DNA of 64,000 nucleotides, taken from NCBI GenBank assembly GCA_039818205.1, contig JBCBUK010000010.1, forward strand, positions 1 through 64,000, given 5' to 3'. This document shows positions 9,217-18,435 of the stretch, piece after piece. The DNA comes from Verrucomicrobiota bacterium. GTDB lineage: Bacteria > Verrucomicrobiota > Verrucomicrobiia > Opitutales > Cerasicoccaceae. Made by a program: the position numbers and the translations under genes. The notes under the pieces are model-generated. The model saw nothing but the letters and a program-made list of their open reading frames with translations, did no database searches and was not told the DNA's origin. Positions within the stretch are counted from its first letter, which is position 1. Each line of letters opens with the position of its first letter.

Positions 9217-9708
9217 GTGAGTGAAAAGAAGAAATGCTGTGTATGCGGCAAAGATGCTGAGGTTTACATTAAGCTGATCAAAAGTGACCAAACGGTAGAA
9301 AAACACTATTGTTTGGAACACGCGGAAGAAAGCGGCGTGCTTCAGGATACCTCATACGCCTTACTTGAAGAGGGTGACGAAATTTTGCCACCAGTTGGTG
9401 AAGCCACGAATGAGCGGTGCCCAAGTTGTGGGTTTTCGCTACGCGACTGGAAGAAATCTGGACGTTTTGGCTGCGCCCACTGCTACGGGACTTTCGAAGA
9501 AAAGATTCAGCCAGCGCTGGAGCGTTTGCACTCCGACACGGTTCACCGTGGTAAAATTCCCCGGCAAGCCTACAACCCAGTTCTGATTGCTAATCGTATC
9601 AAGGATCTACAGAAGCAGCTTGAAAATGCCGTGAAGGAGGAGCGTTTCGAAGATGCGGCTGCGACTCGCGATGAAATGTCGACGCTCAAGTCCTTCCAGT
9701 TTGATTGA
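9217..9708 (+). CDS. mcsA: McsA-like protein (Zn-binding CXXC motifs plus C-terminal UVR domain)
   Basis: CCVC, CLEH, CPSC...GRFGCAHCY..F...HRGKIP...AVKEERFEDAAATRDEM. Confidence 0.8.
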   Translation: MSEKKKCCVCGKDAEVYIKLIKSDQTVEKHYCLEHAEESGVLQDTSYALLEEGDEILPPVGEATNERCPSCGFSLRDWKKSGRFGCAHCYGTFEEKIQPALERLHSDTVHRGKIPRQAYNPVLIANRIKDLQKQLENAVKEERFEDAAATRDEMSTLKSFQFD

Positions 9709-9844
9709 TAGACCCGGGTTCGAGATAAGTAACTTTGGCTAAAAGATTCCGCGAAAACCGTGAATCTCTGAGGTTTTTGTTGTATTTGCAGATACGTTCT
9801 TTAGTCTTTTTTCGTCCGCATTTGGAACTCGTATATTAATCATT

Positions 9845-10102
9845 ATGATCGAGGGTGTCTTTTGGTTCACATTTTCTGCACTAGCCATCGGCTCAGCGTT
9901 TCTTGGCTGCTACCTGCTTTTTGCTCCGCGTGATGCTTTGGCAGTTCGGTACCAGAACTACATGCTGGCTCGTACCATGCGCCCGCTGAAAGATGAAGAT
10001 TTTGGCAATTTGCCCAAGATCATCTGGGGGCTCAAAGGGGCTGGAATCGTCTGCTTGCTCGTTAGCGCCGCAATGCTAGTCGGAGTTTCCATCCTCCGGT
10101 AG
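9845..10102 (+). CDS. Small two-TM membrane protein
   Basis: 85 aa with hydrophobic ends. Followed by the hairpin AACCCGCG-TCACT-CGCGGGTT-TTTT (about 10132-10156). Confidence 0.65.
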   Translation: MIEGVFWFTFSALAIGSAFLGCYLLFAPRDALAVRYQNYMLARTMRPLKDEDFGNLPKIIWGLKGAGIVCLLVSAAMLVGVSILR

Positions 10103-10129
10103 TTCCAATTAATTTTGGAATGAATTTTT

Positions 10130-10672
10130 TTAACCCGCGTCACTCGCGGGTTTTTCTTTGTCCGCACCCAGGTTTGCTAGAACTTTTTTGACGTCGTCCG
10201 CCTGTTGTTTGGTGGATGCCTTTTGGTCCATCCAAATGAGCTTCCCTTTTTCGAAGAGGAATGCTTGCCGTGCGGCAAATTTGCCCCTTAGCGGGACTCC
10301 AAATGCTTTTGCGACTGAACCGTCTTCATCCGCGAGGAGATCAAACTGAAGCCGATAGGTCTTTTGAAAGCTTTTCTGTTGAGCTGGGCTATCAGTGCTG
10401 ACACCAAAAACGGTGACACCATCATTCGTCAGTTCGGAGTAGGCATCGCGCAAACTGCATGCTTGAGCGGTGCACCCTGGTGTATCGGCCTTTGGGTAGA
10501 AATAGACTAACACAAAAGGAGATTTGCGATAGTCAGCCAAAGAAACCTCTTTGGAGTCCTGATCGACAGCCTTGATATCGGGCAGCTCAGCGCCGACCGC
10601 TAATGGCTCCGCATTTGCGGCAGAACCTATAAGGAGGATAGAGGAAACAACACGACAGAGGCATTTGATCAT
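10130..10672 (-). CDS. bcp: Peroxiredoxin, BCP/PrxQ family, with signal peptide
   Basis: YFYPKADTPGCTAQACSLRD active-site motif; GVSTDS. Confidence 0.92.
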   Translation of the reverse strand: MIKCLCRVVSSILLIGSAANAEPLAVGAELPDIKAVDQDSKEVSLADYRKSPFVLVYFYPKADTPGCTAQACSLRDAYSELTNDGVTVFGVSTDSPAQQKSFQKTYRLQFDLLADEDGSVAKAFGVPLRGKFAARQAFLFEKGKLIWMDQKASTKQQADDVKKVLANLGADKEKPASDAG

Positions 10673-10737
10673 GATTGATGATCATAACGCAAATCCTTGC
10701 CTTCGCAAGGCTGGCCTCAAGAATTTAGTCAGAACGA

Positions 10738-10923
10738 TTAGACGGGACGGCGCAGGAAGAAACGCTGCAGCAGTCCACCCCGTTGAACTTCGTCTTTTTT
10801 GGATTCAGTGCTCGAAAGCGACATCAATCCAGCAGATTCGTGAGAGTTCGAGTGGGAGGCGGTGGGAGAGTATTTCACGCTAACATTATTCAGCGCGGAA
10901 AGGTCTGCTTTTCTGTTTCGCAT
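10738..10923 (-). CDS. Possible small protein (61 aa)
   Basis: ATG-started ORF in an otherwise empty gap, ending in an amphipathic GGLLQRFFLRR. Weak support. Confidence 0.3.
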   Translation of the reverse strand: MRNRKADLSALNNVSVKYSPTASHSNSHESAGLMSLSSTESKKDEVQRGGLLQRFFLRRPV

Positions 10924-11223
10924 GATAATAGAATCAAATAATTCCGCGAGAATGACAAAATCTATCTTCGTCGGTGATTCCCTATGTACTTTAAAGTCAG
11001 GTATCTAGAGGGATGTTTAAACGCTGTAAAGAGTCGGGTAGTGCTAGTGTTACGGCCCTGCTATTGTGACTAGCTAGTTATTACTAGGTCACGTGGGTGA
11101 AACAACCTGAGCGGTTCCCAGAAAGCACTCACTGGGCTAAGGCCAAGAGTAAATATCCTCGCGTTGGTGGCCTATTCCGATCAATCTATCCACCAAGGTT
11201 TTAAGCTCGCAACAACCATACCC

Positions 11224-11847
11224 ATGAAATCCATTCTTCCTATCGCGCTTATTGCGCTCTCCGTTTCCGCCGCGCAGGCGAACCTTTTCAACCAAGCAAC
11301 GGATCAGCTGAAGCAATCCGCTGATCAATCCTTGTCCGAGGCCCAAGACGATGTCACGGATGCTGCCGCGGGTACCCTCAGCGAATCTACTGCGGAGGCT
11401 GGTGCGAAGGTCGCCCAGGCCGCCGAAATGCAGTCTATGGTAGCGAAGGCGGTCGATACCTCGAAGCAGCTGGAATCGATGCTCTCGGGTAATCCTGAGC
11501 TCCAATCCTTGCTTACCAACTCGATGACTTCCCTGGCGCAAGGTCAGGACCTGATCGCTTTACAAGATCTAAACAAATTGTCGGCCGCGAAACTAACCCC
11601 AGACCAAACGGGACTTCTCCGCGGTTTGCGTTCGGATGTTGAGGTACTCGCTTTGCAGCGTAACTTACCGGCATCGGGTCCGGTTACGGCGGCAACCAAC
11701 GCGATCAAATCTGGGGATGTCACCACGGCAACAACGCAGCTGAACAACGTCCTGAAGGGTGGTCAATTGAACGATCCTCAGAAAGATTTGGTTCAGACCG
11801 TTCTGCAAGGATTTGGCGGCAGTAAACCAGTGGTCCCTACTCAGTAG
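11224..11847 (+). CDS. Secreted helical hypothetical protein
   Basis: Signal peptide MKSILPIALIALSVSAAQA, followed by a Q/A/S/L-rich helical sequence. Confidence 0.75.
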   Translation: MKSILPIALIALSVSAAQANLFNQATDQLKQSADQSLSEAQDDVTDAAAGTLSESTAEAGAKVAQAAEMQSMVAKAVDTSKQLESMLSGNPELQSLLTNSMTSLAQGQDLIALQDLNKLSAAKLTPDQTGLLRGLRSDVEVLALQRNLPASGPVTAATNAIKSGDVTTATTQLNNVLKGGQLNDPQKDLVQTVLQGFGGSKPVVPTQ

Positions 11848-11859
11848 ATTCTTACTACC

Positions 11860-12096
11860 TTGCACGGACGACTCCAGCTGGGATTCGCCATCTTGATTTT
11901 CGTAAGTTTTGGATCGCTAACGGGTTGCCAAAACGCTGCGGACACTCAAGATGTTAGCTACACGGCTCTCCCACCGTTGCCTGATTTCTCTCCTGAGCGG
12001 GCAGAGCGGGAAGCTAAACAATTCGAAAATCATGCTGAAAAGCCTGATTTCTCAAAAATTGACATCGTAGCAATCCCCGCAAACAACAACGATTAA
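11860..12096 (+). CDS. Small putative lipoprotein
   Basis: Hydrophobic N-terminus ending in the lipobox LTGC. Confidence 0.55.
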   Translation: MHGRLQLGFAILIFVSFGSLTGCQNAADTQDVSYTALPPLPDFSPERAEREAKQFENHAEKPDFSKIDIVAIPANNND

Positions 12097-12111
12097 TCGC
12101 CACTCATCGTC

Positions 12112-12711
12112 ATGTCATTCGTGCAGGAAAATCTCTACGGACTCGTTTTAGCGGGAGGTAGGAGTCGTCGCCTGGGGCGCGACAAAGCAACACTCGTATA
12201 TAAAGGCCAGCTTCAGTTGGATCGTAGCATCGGCGTTCTAAAACGCTATACTGAAGAAGTTCACATCTCGGTTCGCGAGGATCAGGAATATACCGTGGGT
12301 GCGGACCCGATAATTGACCGGATGGGCGAGATAGGCCCGCTCGGTGGTCTGCTTTCAGCGTTCTTCTATCACCGGGATAAAGATTGGTTGGCACTGGGCG
12401 TAGATATGCCCTTCGTCAATGTTTTCACCATCAAGGAGCTGATTGCCGCTCGCGATCCTGATAAGTTGGCGACGTGTTTTCGTGCAGCCGATGGCCGCCC
12501 GGAGCCACTCTGCACCATCTACGAGAACCGCTTTAAGGACAAGCTGCTAGCCGCCGCTAAAGCGGGTGAACGTTCGCCAAAGAATATCCTCTTTGAGAAT
12601 GCCGACGAGGTAAAGATGGTGGACATTAAAGACCTTTCATCGCTCGACTGCGTGGTCACGGCCGAGGACTACCTTGCGGCTCAAACCCGCCTCGTTGGCG
12701 GCGGACGTTAG
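12112..12711 (+). CDS. mobA: Molybdenum cofactor guanylyltransferase-like NTP transferase
   Basis: LVLAGGRSRRLGRDKA...GPLGGL...VDMPF...PEPLCTIY. Confidence 0.85.
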   Translation: MSFVQENLYGLVLAGGRSRRLGRDKATLVYKGQLQLDRSIGVLKRYTEEVHISVREDQEYTVGADPIIDRMGEIGPLGGLLSAFFYHRDKDWLALGVDMPFVNVFTIKELIAARDPDKLATCFRAADGRPEPLCTIYENRFKDKLLAAAKAGERSPKNILFENADEVKMVDIKDLSSLDCVVTAEDYLAAQTRLVGGGR

Positions 12712-12758
12712 GGGTCGCGCTGGTTCTGGTGAACTGCGGGCGAGGCTGTCGCCTTCCC

Positions 12759-13526
12759 CTACTCTTTTACTTCGATCTGCTTTTCTTTAGAGTGGGAAAG
12801 CAGCCACTGGTAGAATTCGGGGTCTTCGTAGGTGCGGGACCAAACATTGTGGCCGGCGCCCTTGTAAATTGTGAACCGCGGATCTCCGCCTGCTTCTTTG
12901 ATCGCGTTGATGACCTTTTGGGCGTCGTGTAGCTTGACCGCCTGATCTTTTTCGCCGTGGACGGCCCAGATCGGCATGTCCACAAGTGGCTTGAAATTTT
13001 TGTTGGGTCCCCAGGATGCAATTGGAGCGATGGCGGCAAACTTCTCAGGATTTTGCACAGCCCAATTCCACGTGCCAAAGCCGCCCATGCTCAGGCCCGT
13101 CAGGTAGACGCGATCGGGATCGACGCGATAGGTCTCAAGAACCGTGTCGTAAAACGCATTGAGCATCTCGAGATTCCACCAATTGTCGTGTGGGCAAAGG
13201 GGTGAAACGATGATGAAGGGAAAGTCTTTTCCTTGTTCGATCAGGTGTGGTGGCCCGTGGCGCGCCACCTTGGAAATGTCCTCCCCGCGTTCGCCTGAGC
13301 TATGCAGGAAAATGATGAGTGGCCAGTGCTTCTCTGGTTCCGCATCATATTGCTTGGGCAGGTAGAGCAGATAATCGGCGGAAAGGGTTTTGCGAATCTC
13401 TCGCTCAAACTTGAGTTCAGACTGGCGGGAAACCTCGGTTGCCGCAGAAAGGGTTACGCCGCCAGTGAGGAAGAGCACAAGCGTCAACCAGAAGACGGGT
13501 AGTCGACCAAAGCAACGGGTTTGCAT
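12759..13526 (-). CDS. Secreted alpha/beta hydrolase (phospholipase/carboxylesterase or predicted peptidase family)
   Basis: WPLIIFLHSSGERG, RVYLTGLSMGGFG (Ser nucleophile), HGEKD, GAGHNVW. Confidence 0.88.
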   Translation of the reverse strand: MQTRCFGRLPVFWLTLVLFLTGGVTLSAATEVSRQSELKFEREIRKTLSADYLLYLPKQYDAEPEKHWPLIIFLHSSGERGEDISKVARHGPPHLIEQGKDFPFIIVSPLCPHDNWWNLEMLNAFYDTVLETYRVDPDRVYLTGLSMGGFGTWNWAVQNPEKFAAIAPIASWGPNKNFKPLVDMPIWAVHGEKDQAVKLHDAQKVINAIKEAGGDPRFTIYKGAGHNVWSRTYEDPEFYQWLLSHSKEKQIEVKE

Positions 13527-13570
13527 AGGATTATTTTGCCAGGTGGGGGGGCGTCGGCAAGGCCGAAAAA

Positions 13571-14230
13571 TTAGCTCTCGGCGGCAGCTTCAGGCTCTTC
13601 GATTATGCCAGCGGCCTTGTCGAGCGCGTTGGCGATACCCTGGCCAATGAAGTCCATCTGAGCCAGTTGGTGAATGCGACGACGGCAGCGGGACAACTCG
13701 TCGCGCAGGAAGACCACGCGATGCAGCTTGGTGGCCTCCATCAAGGCGATGATGGCGACATCCTGAGGGTCGGGAATCGCGTCTTCGGCAAGAACAGTCA
13801 TCCGAATGCGGGTGAGCACCTCGGTTTCCTCTTTCCCATCGATGACTGGATAGGTGCGCTCGCCCTTCATCCAGAGGAAACGCTTCTCACGCTCTTCGAG
13901 GATGCCTTTGTGGACAAGGGCGGCAAAAATGCGGGGCTCAAAACTGGCACTGCGGGCGGCGAGCACCTCGATGGCAGCGGTAATCGGTGGATTCTCATCC
14001 ATGCCGGAAAGGATCTTCAGAGCCTCGTCGAGCAAGGGATCGCCCGCCGGCATGTCTTTGAGCATAATGATGTGCTCGGCATCGGTATCCAGGCGATTCA
14101 GGAACGCGAGTTCCATGATAAGGGCGCCAGCGATGGCGTAGTCGTAAGACCGGCGGGAGACATTGCGGTGCATGACACCGGTTTCGTCGTTGAGAGAAAG
14201 TAGAGTGATTTCTTCGGCAAATCGGAGCAT
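13571..14230 (-). CDS. GPP34/GOLPH3-Vps74 family protein
   Basis: MLRFAEEITLLSLNDETG...AGALIMELAFLNRL...GDPLLDEAL...LVHKGIL...RFLW....YP. Confidence 0.85.
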   Translation of the reverse strand: MLRFAEEITLLSLNDETGVMHRNVSRRSYDYAIAGALIMELAFLNRLDTDAEHIIMLKDMPAGDPLLDEALKILSGMDENPPITAAIEVLAARSASFEPRIFAALVHKGILEEREKRFLWMKGERTYPVIDGKEETEVLTRIRMTVLAEDAIPDPQDVAIIALMEATKLHRVVFLRDELSRCRRRIHQLAQMDFIGQGIANALDKAAGIIEEPEAAAES

Positions 14231-14473
14231 GTCGGCGGTTCTAGACGCTGAGTGCGTAGTCGCAAGCGCAATATCATATTCCTGCTCGGAATAACCCGTT
14301 ATCAATCACGCCGGATTGTTCCGGAGAAACGCCCCGAGAAAGCGGTTCTAGCCGTGAAGGATCTTGCCATCCGGGGGGCCTCCTCGCTATTGGTTGGTTA
14401 ACCCGTTTCGGTGAGTCCGTAGCGATTTGCCGGGGCCCTTTAACCACTACGAAACCTCAACGAAGGAACTACT

Positions 14474-15484
14474 ATGCAACTTGGAATGGTCGGCCTTGGC
14501 CGGATGGGCGCGAATATCGTGCGCCGCCTCATGAAGAATGGTCACGAATGTGTCGTTTTTGACACCAACGCGGATGCGATTGCGGAACTGGAAGCCGAAG
14601 GTGCCTCCGGTGCCCGGACGCTCGAAGAGTTTGTGGAGAAGCTCGCAAAGCCCCGCGCAGCGTGGGTGATGATCCCGGCGGCAATTACCGACAAGGTTGT
14701 TTTCGAACTCGCGGATCTGATGGACCCCGGCGACATCGTCATTGATGGCGGAAACTCCTACTTTCGGGATGACCGTCGCCGCGCAGAAGAACTCAAGCCC
14801 CGCGGTATTCACTACATCGACTGTGGCACGAGTGGTGGGGTCTGGGGGCTCGAGCGCGGCTACTGCCTGATGATTGGCGGTGAGACTGAGCAGGTCCAAC
14901 ATCTGGACCCCATTTTTGCGACGATCGCCCCCGGAGAAGGCGATGTCGAAAAGACGCCTGGCCGTCCCGAGGGCAAAGGCACCGCCCACCAAGGCTATCT
15001 CCATTGTGGGCCAGCGGGGGCGGGTCACTTCGTCAAGATGGTGCACAATGGCATCGAATACGGGATCATGGCCGCCTATGCCGAAGGCCTGGACATTCTC
15101 AAGCACGCGAATTGCGACAAGGAATCCAAGGAAGTGGATGCTGAGACCGCGCCATCCATGCATGGCGACCTCGATTATGATCTCGACCTGGGCGAGATCT
15201 CGGAAGTCTGGCGCCGAGGCTCGGTGATTGCCTCGTGGCTCCTCGACCTCACAGCCATCTCGTTCGTGGACGATCCGCGTTTGGAGAAGTTTTCCGGTCG
15301 CGTATCGGATTCTGGAGAGGGTCGTTGGACCATCGAAGCGGCCATTGAGTCGGCAACACCCGCACCCGTTCTTACCAGCGCCCTTTACCAACGTTTCCGC
15401 TCCCGCGAGGAAACCGCTTTCTCCGATAAGGTCTGCTCAGCCATGCGATTCCAATTCGGCGGACATTTGGAGAAAAAGGACTAG
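14474..15484 (+). CDS. gnd: Short-form decarboxylating 6-phosphogluconate dehydrogenase (NAD+-type, YqeC/GntZ-like)
   Basis: GLGRMG...VFD (acidic residue favouring NAD), [36 protein letters not shown]. Confidence 0.93.
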   Translation: MQLGMVGLGRMGANIVRRLMKNGHECVVFDTNADAIAELEAEGASGARTLEEFVEKLAKPRAAWVMIPAAITDKVVFELADLMDPGDIVIDGGNSYFRDDRRRAEELKPRGIHYIDCGTSGGVWGLERGYCLMIGGETEQVQHLDPIFATIAPGEGDVEKTPGRPEGKGTAHQGYLHCGPAGAGHFVKMVHNGIEYGIMAAYAEGLDILKHANCDKESKEVDAETAPSMHGDLDYDLDLGEISEVWRRGSVIASWLLDLTAISFVDDPRLEKFSGRVSDSGEGRWTIEAAIESATPAPVLTSALYQRFRSREETAFSDKVCSAMRFQFGGHLEKKD

Positions 15485-15497
15485 CGATTCACATTTC

Positions 15498-15548
15498 TGA
15501 AAACTTTTCAGGCGTCGTCCACTAGAGTGGCAGGCGCTTTTTTATTGC
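15498..15548 (+). repeat. 51-bp direct repeat, copy 1 (contains a terminator hairpin)
   Basis: TGAAAACTTTTCAGGCGTCGTCCACTAGAGTGGCAGGCGCTTTTTTATTGC; 48/51 identical to 16546-16596. Confidence 0.92.
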
Positions 15549-15576
15549 TTCAAGATCGCATATTTTGGAGTAATGG

Positions 15577-16485
15577 ATGCAAATGGCTACTGATACTGCG
15601 ACTGCTTCAAAATACGAGATCGGTGTTCCTCCATGGACTTACGAAGAGCTGCGGGAGGCGGTCGATGAGTTCGACAAGATTCACGCACAACGCCCGATTC
15701 GAGAAAATCAGGGTGGAACACGCGCTTCGCATATGTTCGCGATCTGGTTCATCGCGCGCAAGCTGCAGCCGGAGTTCATTGTTGAGAGCGGGATTTGGAA
15801 AGGTCAAAGCACTTGGCTCCTTGAACAAGCGTGCCCCAAAGCCCACATTGTATCGCTCGACATTCACTTGGTATTCCGTGAATACATTTCGGACCGGGTC
15901 GAGTATCACGAGAGAGACTTCTCTCAGATGGATTGGTCGGGTATTCCGGAGAACAATCTCGCCTTTTTTGATGACCATCAGAATGCTCTGGCTCGGCTGC
16001 AGCAATGTGTCTGGAACGGGTTTCGCAATGTGATTTTTGACGACAACTATCCAATCGGACTGGGCGACTGTTATAGCATGCGAAAGGTGCTGGCAGATGC
16101 CGGTCATCAATGTCCGCAGGAGATGAATCCTCGTAAGCGTGGGTTGTCTGAACGGGTGCTGCGCCGACTGCTTTATGAAGCCACGAAAAACGTGAAGGAG
16201 GACATTCAGGTTACTCCTCAAGTGCAGGGTAAGAATTCCATCGAACCAAATGAACGTGATGCCAAGCTGGTTCGAAAGTGGGCTGATGTCTACGCGGAGT
16301 ATCCACCGATTTTTGAGTTCGAAAAGAACCGATTCAACCGGGATTGGAATAGCCCTGGGTTCGAAGTGCATGACGCGATTCTGGGCCCGAAAGATCAAGC
16401 CAAGTATCCAGATCTCTATGCCGAAGGAACGAAATACGGCTGGATCTGTTACCTGCACCTGCGTGATTCGATTTTGGGCAAATAG
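15577..16485 (+). CDS. Uncharacterised protein with class I SAM-methyltransferase-like motifs
   Basis: LQPEFIVESGIWKGQSTW (motif I-like), IVSLD, FFDDHQ, VIFDDNY. Confidence 0.7.
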   Translation: MQMATDTATASKYEIGVPPWTYEELREAVDEFDKIHAQRPIRENQGGTRASHMFAIWFIARKLQPEFIVESGIWKGQSTWLLEQACPKAHIVSLDIHLVFREYISDRVEYHERDFSQMDWSGIPENNLAFFDDHQNALARLQQCVWNGFRNVIFDDNYPIGLGDCYSMRKVLADAGHQCPQEMNPRKRGLSERVLRRLLYEATKNVKEDIQVTPQVQGKNSIEPNERDAKLVRKWADVYAEYPPIFEFEKNRFNRDWNSPGFEVHDAILGPKDQAKYPDLYAEGTKYGWICYLHLRDSILGK

Positions 16486-16545
16486 TCCCGCATTCGATAG
16501 AAGCGTCGCAAAGGCATTGGTCTGCTGGTTGATTTCTCGCATCCA

Positions 16546-16596
16546 TGAAAACTTTTCAGGCGTCTTCCACTGGGGTGGCAGGCGCTTTTTTATTGC
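16546..16596 (+). repeat. 51-bp direct repeat, copy 2 (contains a terminator hairpin)
   Basis: TGAAAACTTTTCAGGCGTCTTCCACTGGGGTGGCAGGCGCTTTTTTATTGC. Confidence 0.92.
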
Positions 16597-16689
16597 CAGT
16601 TTGGGAGCGAGGGGAAGACTGGCAGCGTCGTTTTCTTTTTTGACGGCTTGACGTCAGGACAATCCCTACCTAACACGTGTAAGATCATC

Positions 16690-18192
16690 ATGTCTGAAGC
16701 AACCTCCGATATCGGACTCATCGGCCTCGCGGTCATGGGCCAGAACCTCGCTCTTAATATCGCCGACCACGGTTTCAAGATTTCCGTGTATAATCGGACG
16801 ACCTCTAAAATGGAGGAATTTGTCGCGAAGCACCCGGACACTCCCGGTGGCGTCGTTGGCTGCCCTTCGCTGGAAGAATTTGTCTCCAGCTTGAAGCGCC
16901 CCCGTAAGATCATCATTTTGGTTAAGGCTGGCCGCGGCACTGACGCCGTGATCGACAGCCTGACCCCACTGCTGGATCCAGACGACATCATCATCGATGG
17001 TGGTAACGCTTACTGGATGGATACCATTCGCCGCGAGAAAGACCTCAACGAAAAGGGCTTCCGGTTCGTCGGTAGTGGCGTTTCTGGAGGAGAAGAAGGG
17101 GCTCGCTTTGGCCCATCCTTGATGCCCGGCGGTAAGGAGTCTGCTTACGCTGAGCTGAAGCCAATTTGGGAAGCGGTTGCTGCCAAGGTTGACGCTGAGA
17201 CCGGCAAGCCTCTTGAAGGTGCGGAGCCAGGCAAGCCAATCGAAGGCGGCGTTCCTTGCACGGCTTACATTGGTGAGAACGGCGCGGGTCACTACGTCAA
17301 AATGGTGCACAACGGCATCGAGTATGGTGACATGCAGATGATCTGTGAAGCCTACGACCTGATGAAGGGTCTGCTCGGTCTGTCCGCTCCTGAGATGGCA
17401 GAAATTTTCAAGAAGTGGGACGACGGTTTGCTCGATAGCTTCCTGGTTGAGATCACCGCTGAGGTGCTCGCTCAGAAGGATCCAGCGACGGGCGCGGATT
17501 TCGTCGACATGGTGCTCGACACCGCGGGTCAAAAAGGCACCGGTAAGTGGACGTCCATCAGCGCTCTCGACATGGGCACTCCGGCTCCAACGATTGCGGA
17601 AGCCGTTTTCGCCCGTTGCGTATCGGCGATCAAGGAAGAGCGCGTCGCTGCGAGCGAGATTCTTGCGGGCCCTGGTAAGACGTACGAAGGCGACAAGGAC
17701 CAGCTCATCAATGCGATCCACGACGCCCTGTATTGCTCAAAGATTTGCTCCTACGCTCAAGGTTTCCAATTGATGCGTGCGGCCGAGGAAGAATACGACT
17801 GGAAGCTCAACTTCGGTGAGATCGCGCAAATCTGGCGCGGTGGTTGTATCATTCGTGCTGGCTTCCTCCAGAAGATCACTGACGCATTTGACGGCAACCC
17901 TGAGTTGGCAAACTTGCTCCTCGATCCTTACTTCAAGGAAACCGTTGCGAATTTCGAAAGCAGCTGGCGTTTCGTGGTGGCTACCGCTGTTCAATACGGT
18001 GTGCCGGTTCCTTGCTTCGGTAGCGCCCTCTTCTACTTCGACAGCTACCGCAGCGCACGTTTGCCGCAAAACTTGCTTCAAGCCCAACGCGACTTCTTCG
18101 GTGCTCACACCTACGAGCGCGTTGATCAGCCACGCGGTAACTTCTTCCACATCGACTGGCCAGACCCAGCGCGTCCACAGCTCGACGCCTAG
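16690..18192 (+). CDS. gndA: NADP-dependent 6-phosphogluconate dehydrogenase (long form)
   Basis: [12 protein letters not shown]...YNRT (NADP motif), [36 protein letters not shown]. Confidence 0.97.
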   Translation: MSEATSDIGLIGLAVMGQNLALNIADHGFKISVYNRTTSKMEEFVAKHPDTPGGVVGCPSLEEFVSSLKRPRKIIILVKAGRGTDAVIDSLTPLLDPDDIIIDGGNAYWMDTIRREKDLNEKGFRFVGSGVSGGEEGARFGPSLMPGGKESAYAELKPIWEAVAAKVDAETGKPLEGAEPGKPIEGGVPCTAYIGENGAGHYVKMVHNGIEYGDMQMICEAYDLMKGLLGLSAPEMAEIFKKWDDGLLDSFLVEITAEVLAQKDPATGADFVDMVLDTAGQKGTGKWTSISALDMGTPAPTIAEAVFARCVSAIKEERVAASEILAGPGKTYEGDKDQLINAIHDALYCSKICSYAQGFQLMRAAEEEYDWKLNFGEIAQIWRGGCIIRAGFLQKITDAFDGNPELANLLLDPYFKETVANFESSWRFVVATAVQYGVPVPCFGSALFYFDSYRSARLPQNLLQAQRDFFGAHTYERVDQPRGNFFHIDWPDPARPQLDA

Positions 18193-18261
18193 CCAGTCTG
18201 CGGTTGGGTCCTTGATTTCGCCATTGGCGAAATGTGAGGCAGCGAAAGAGACTATTTCTTC

Positions 18262-18293
18262 AAAACCGTCGGGGATACACCCGGCGGTTTTTT
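18262..18293 (+). terminator. Intrinsic terminator after gndA
   Basis: AAAACCGTCGGG-GATACA-CCCGGCGGTTTTTT. Confidence 0.75.
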
Positions 18294-18435
18294 GTTTCCA
18301 CCTGCCGGTGGTCGATTGACCAGCTAGATCGGCTGATAAGGGGAATTGTAAAAGCTCGTGAAAACGGTGCTAAGAAAGCGTCAATCCAAGGCTAGGATTA
18401 GCAGAAATTGTTCATTCCTATGAGAAAAGTGTTAG

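Noticed and set aside
15498..16596. Direct repeats read as a CRISPR array, attC sites or attL/attR
   Set aside because: Only two copies 1 kb apart; no cas, integrase or tRNA; no RYYYAAC/GTTRRRY attC ends.
14447..17721. Long antisense ORFs (14447-15391, 15607-16542, 16666-17721)
   Set aside because: They lie opposite well-supported genes, as expected from codon bias, and show no motifs.
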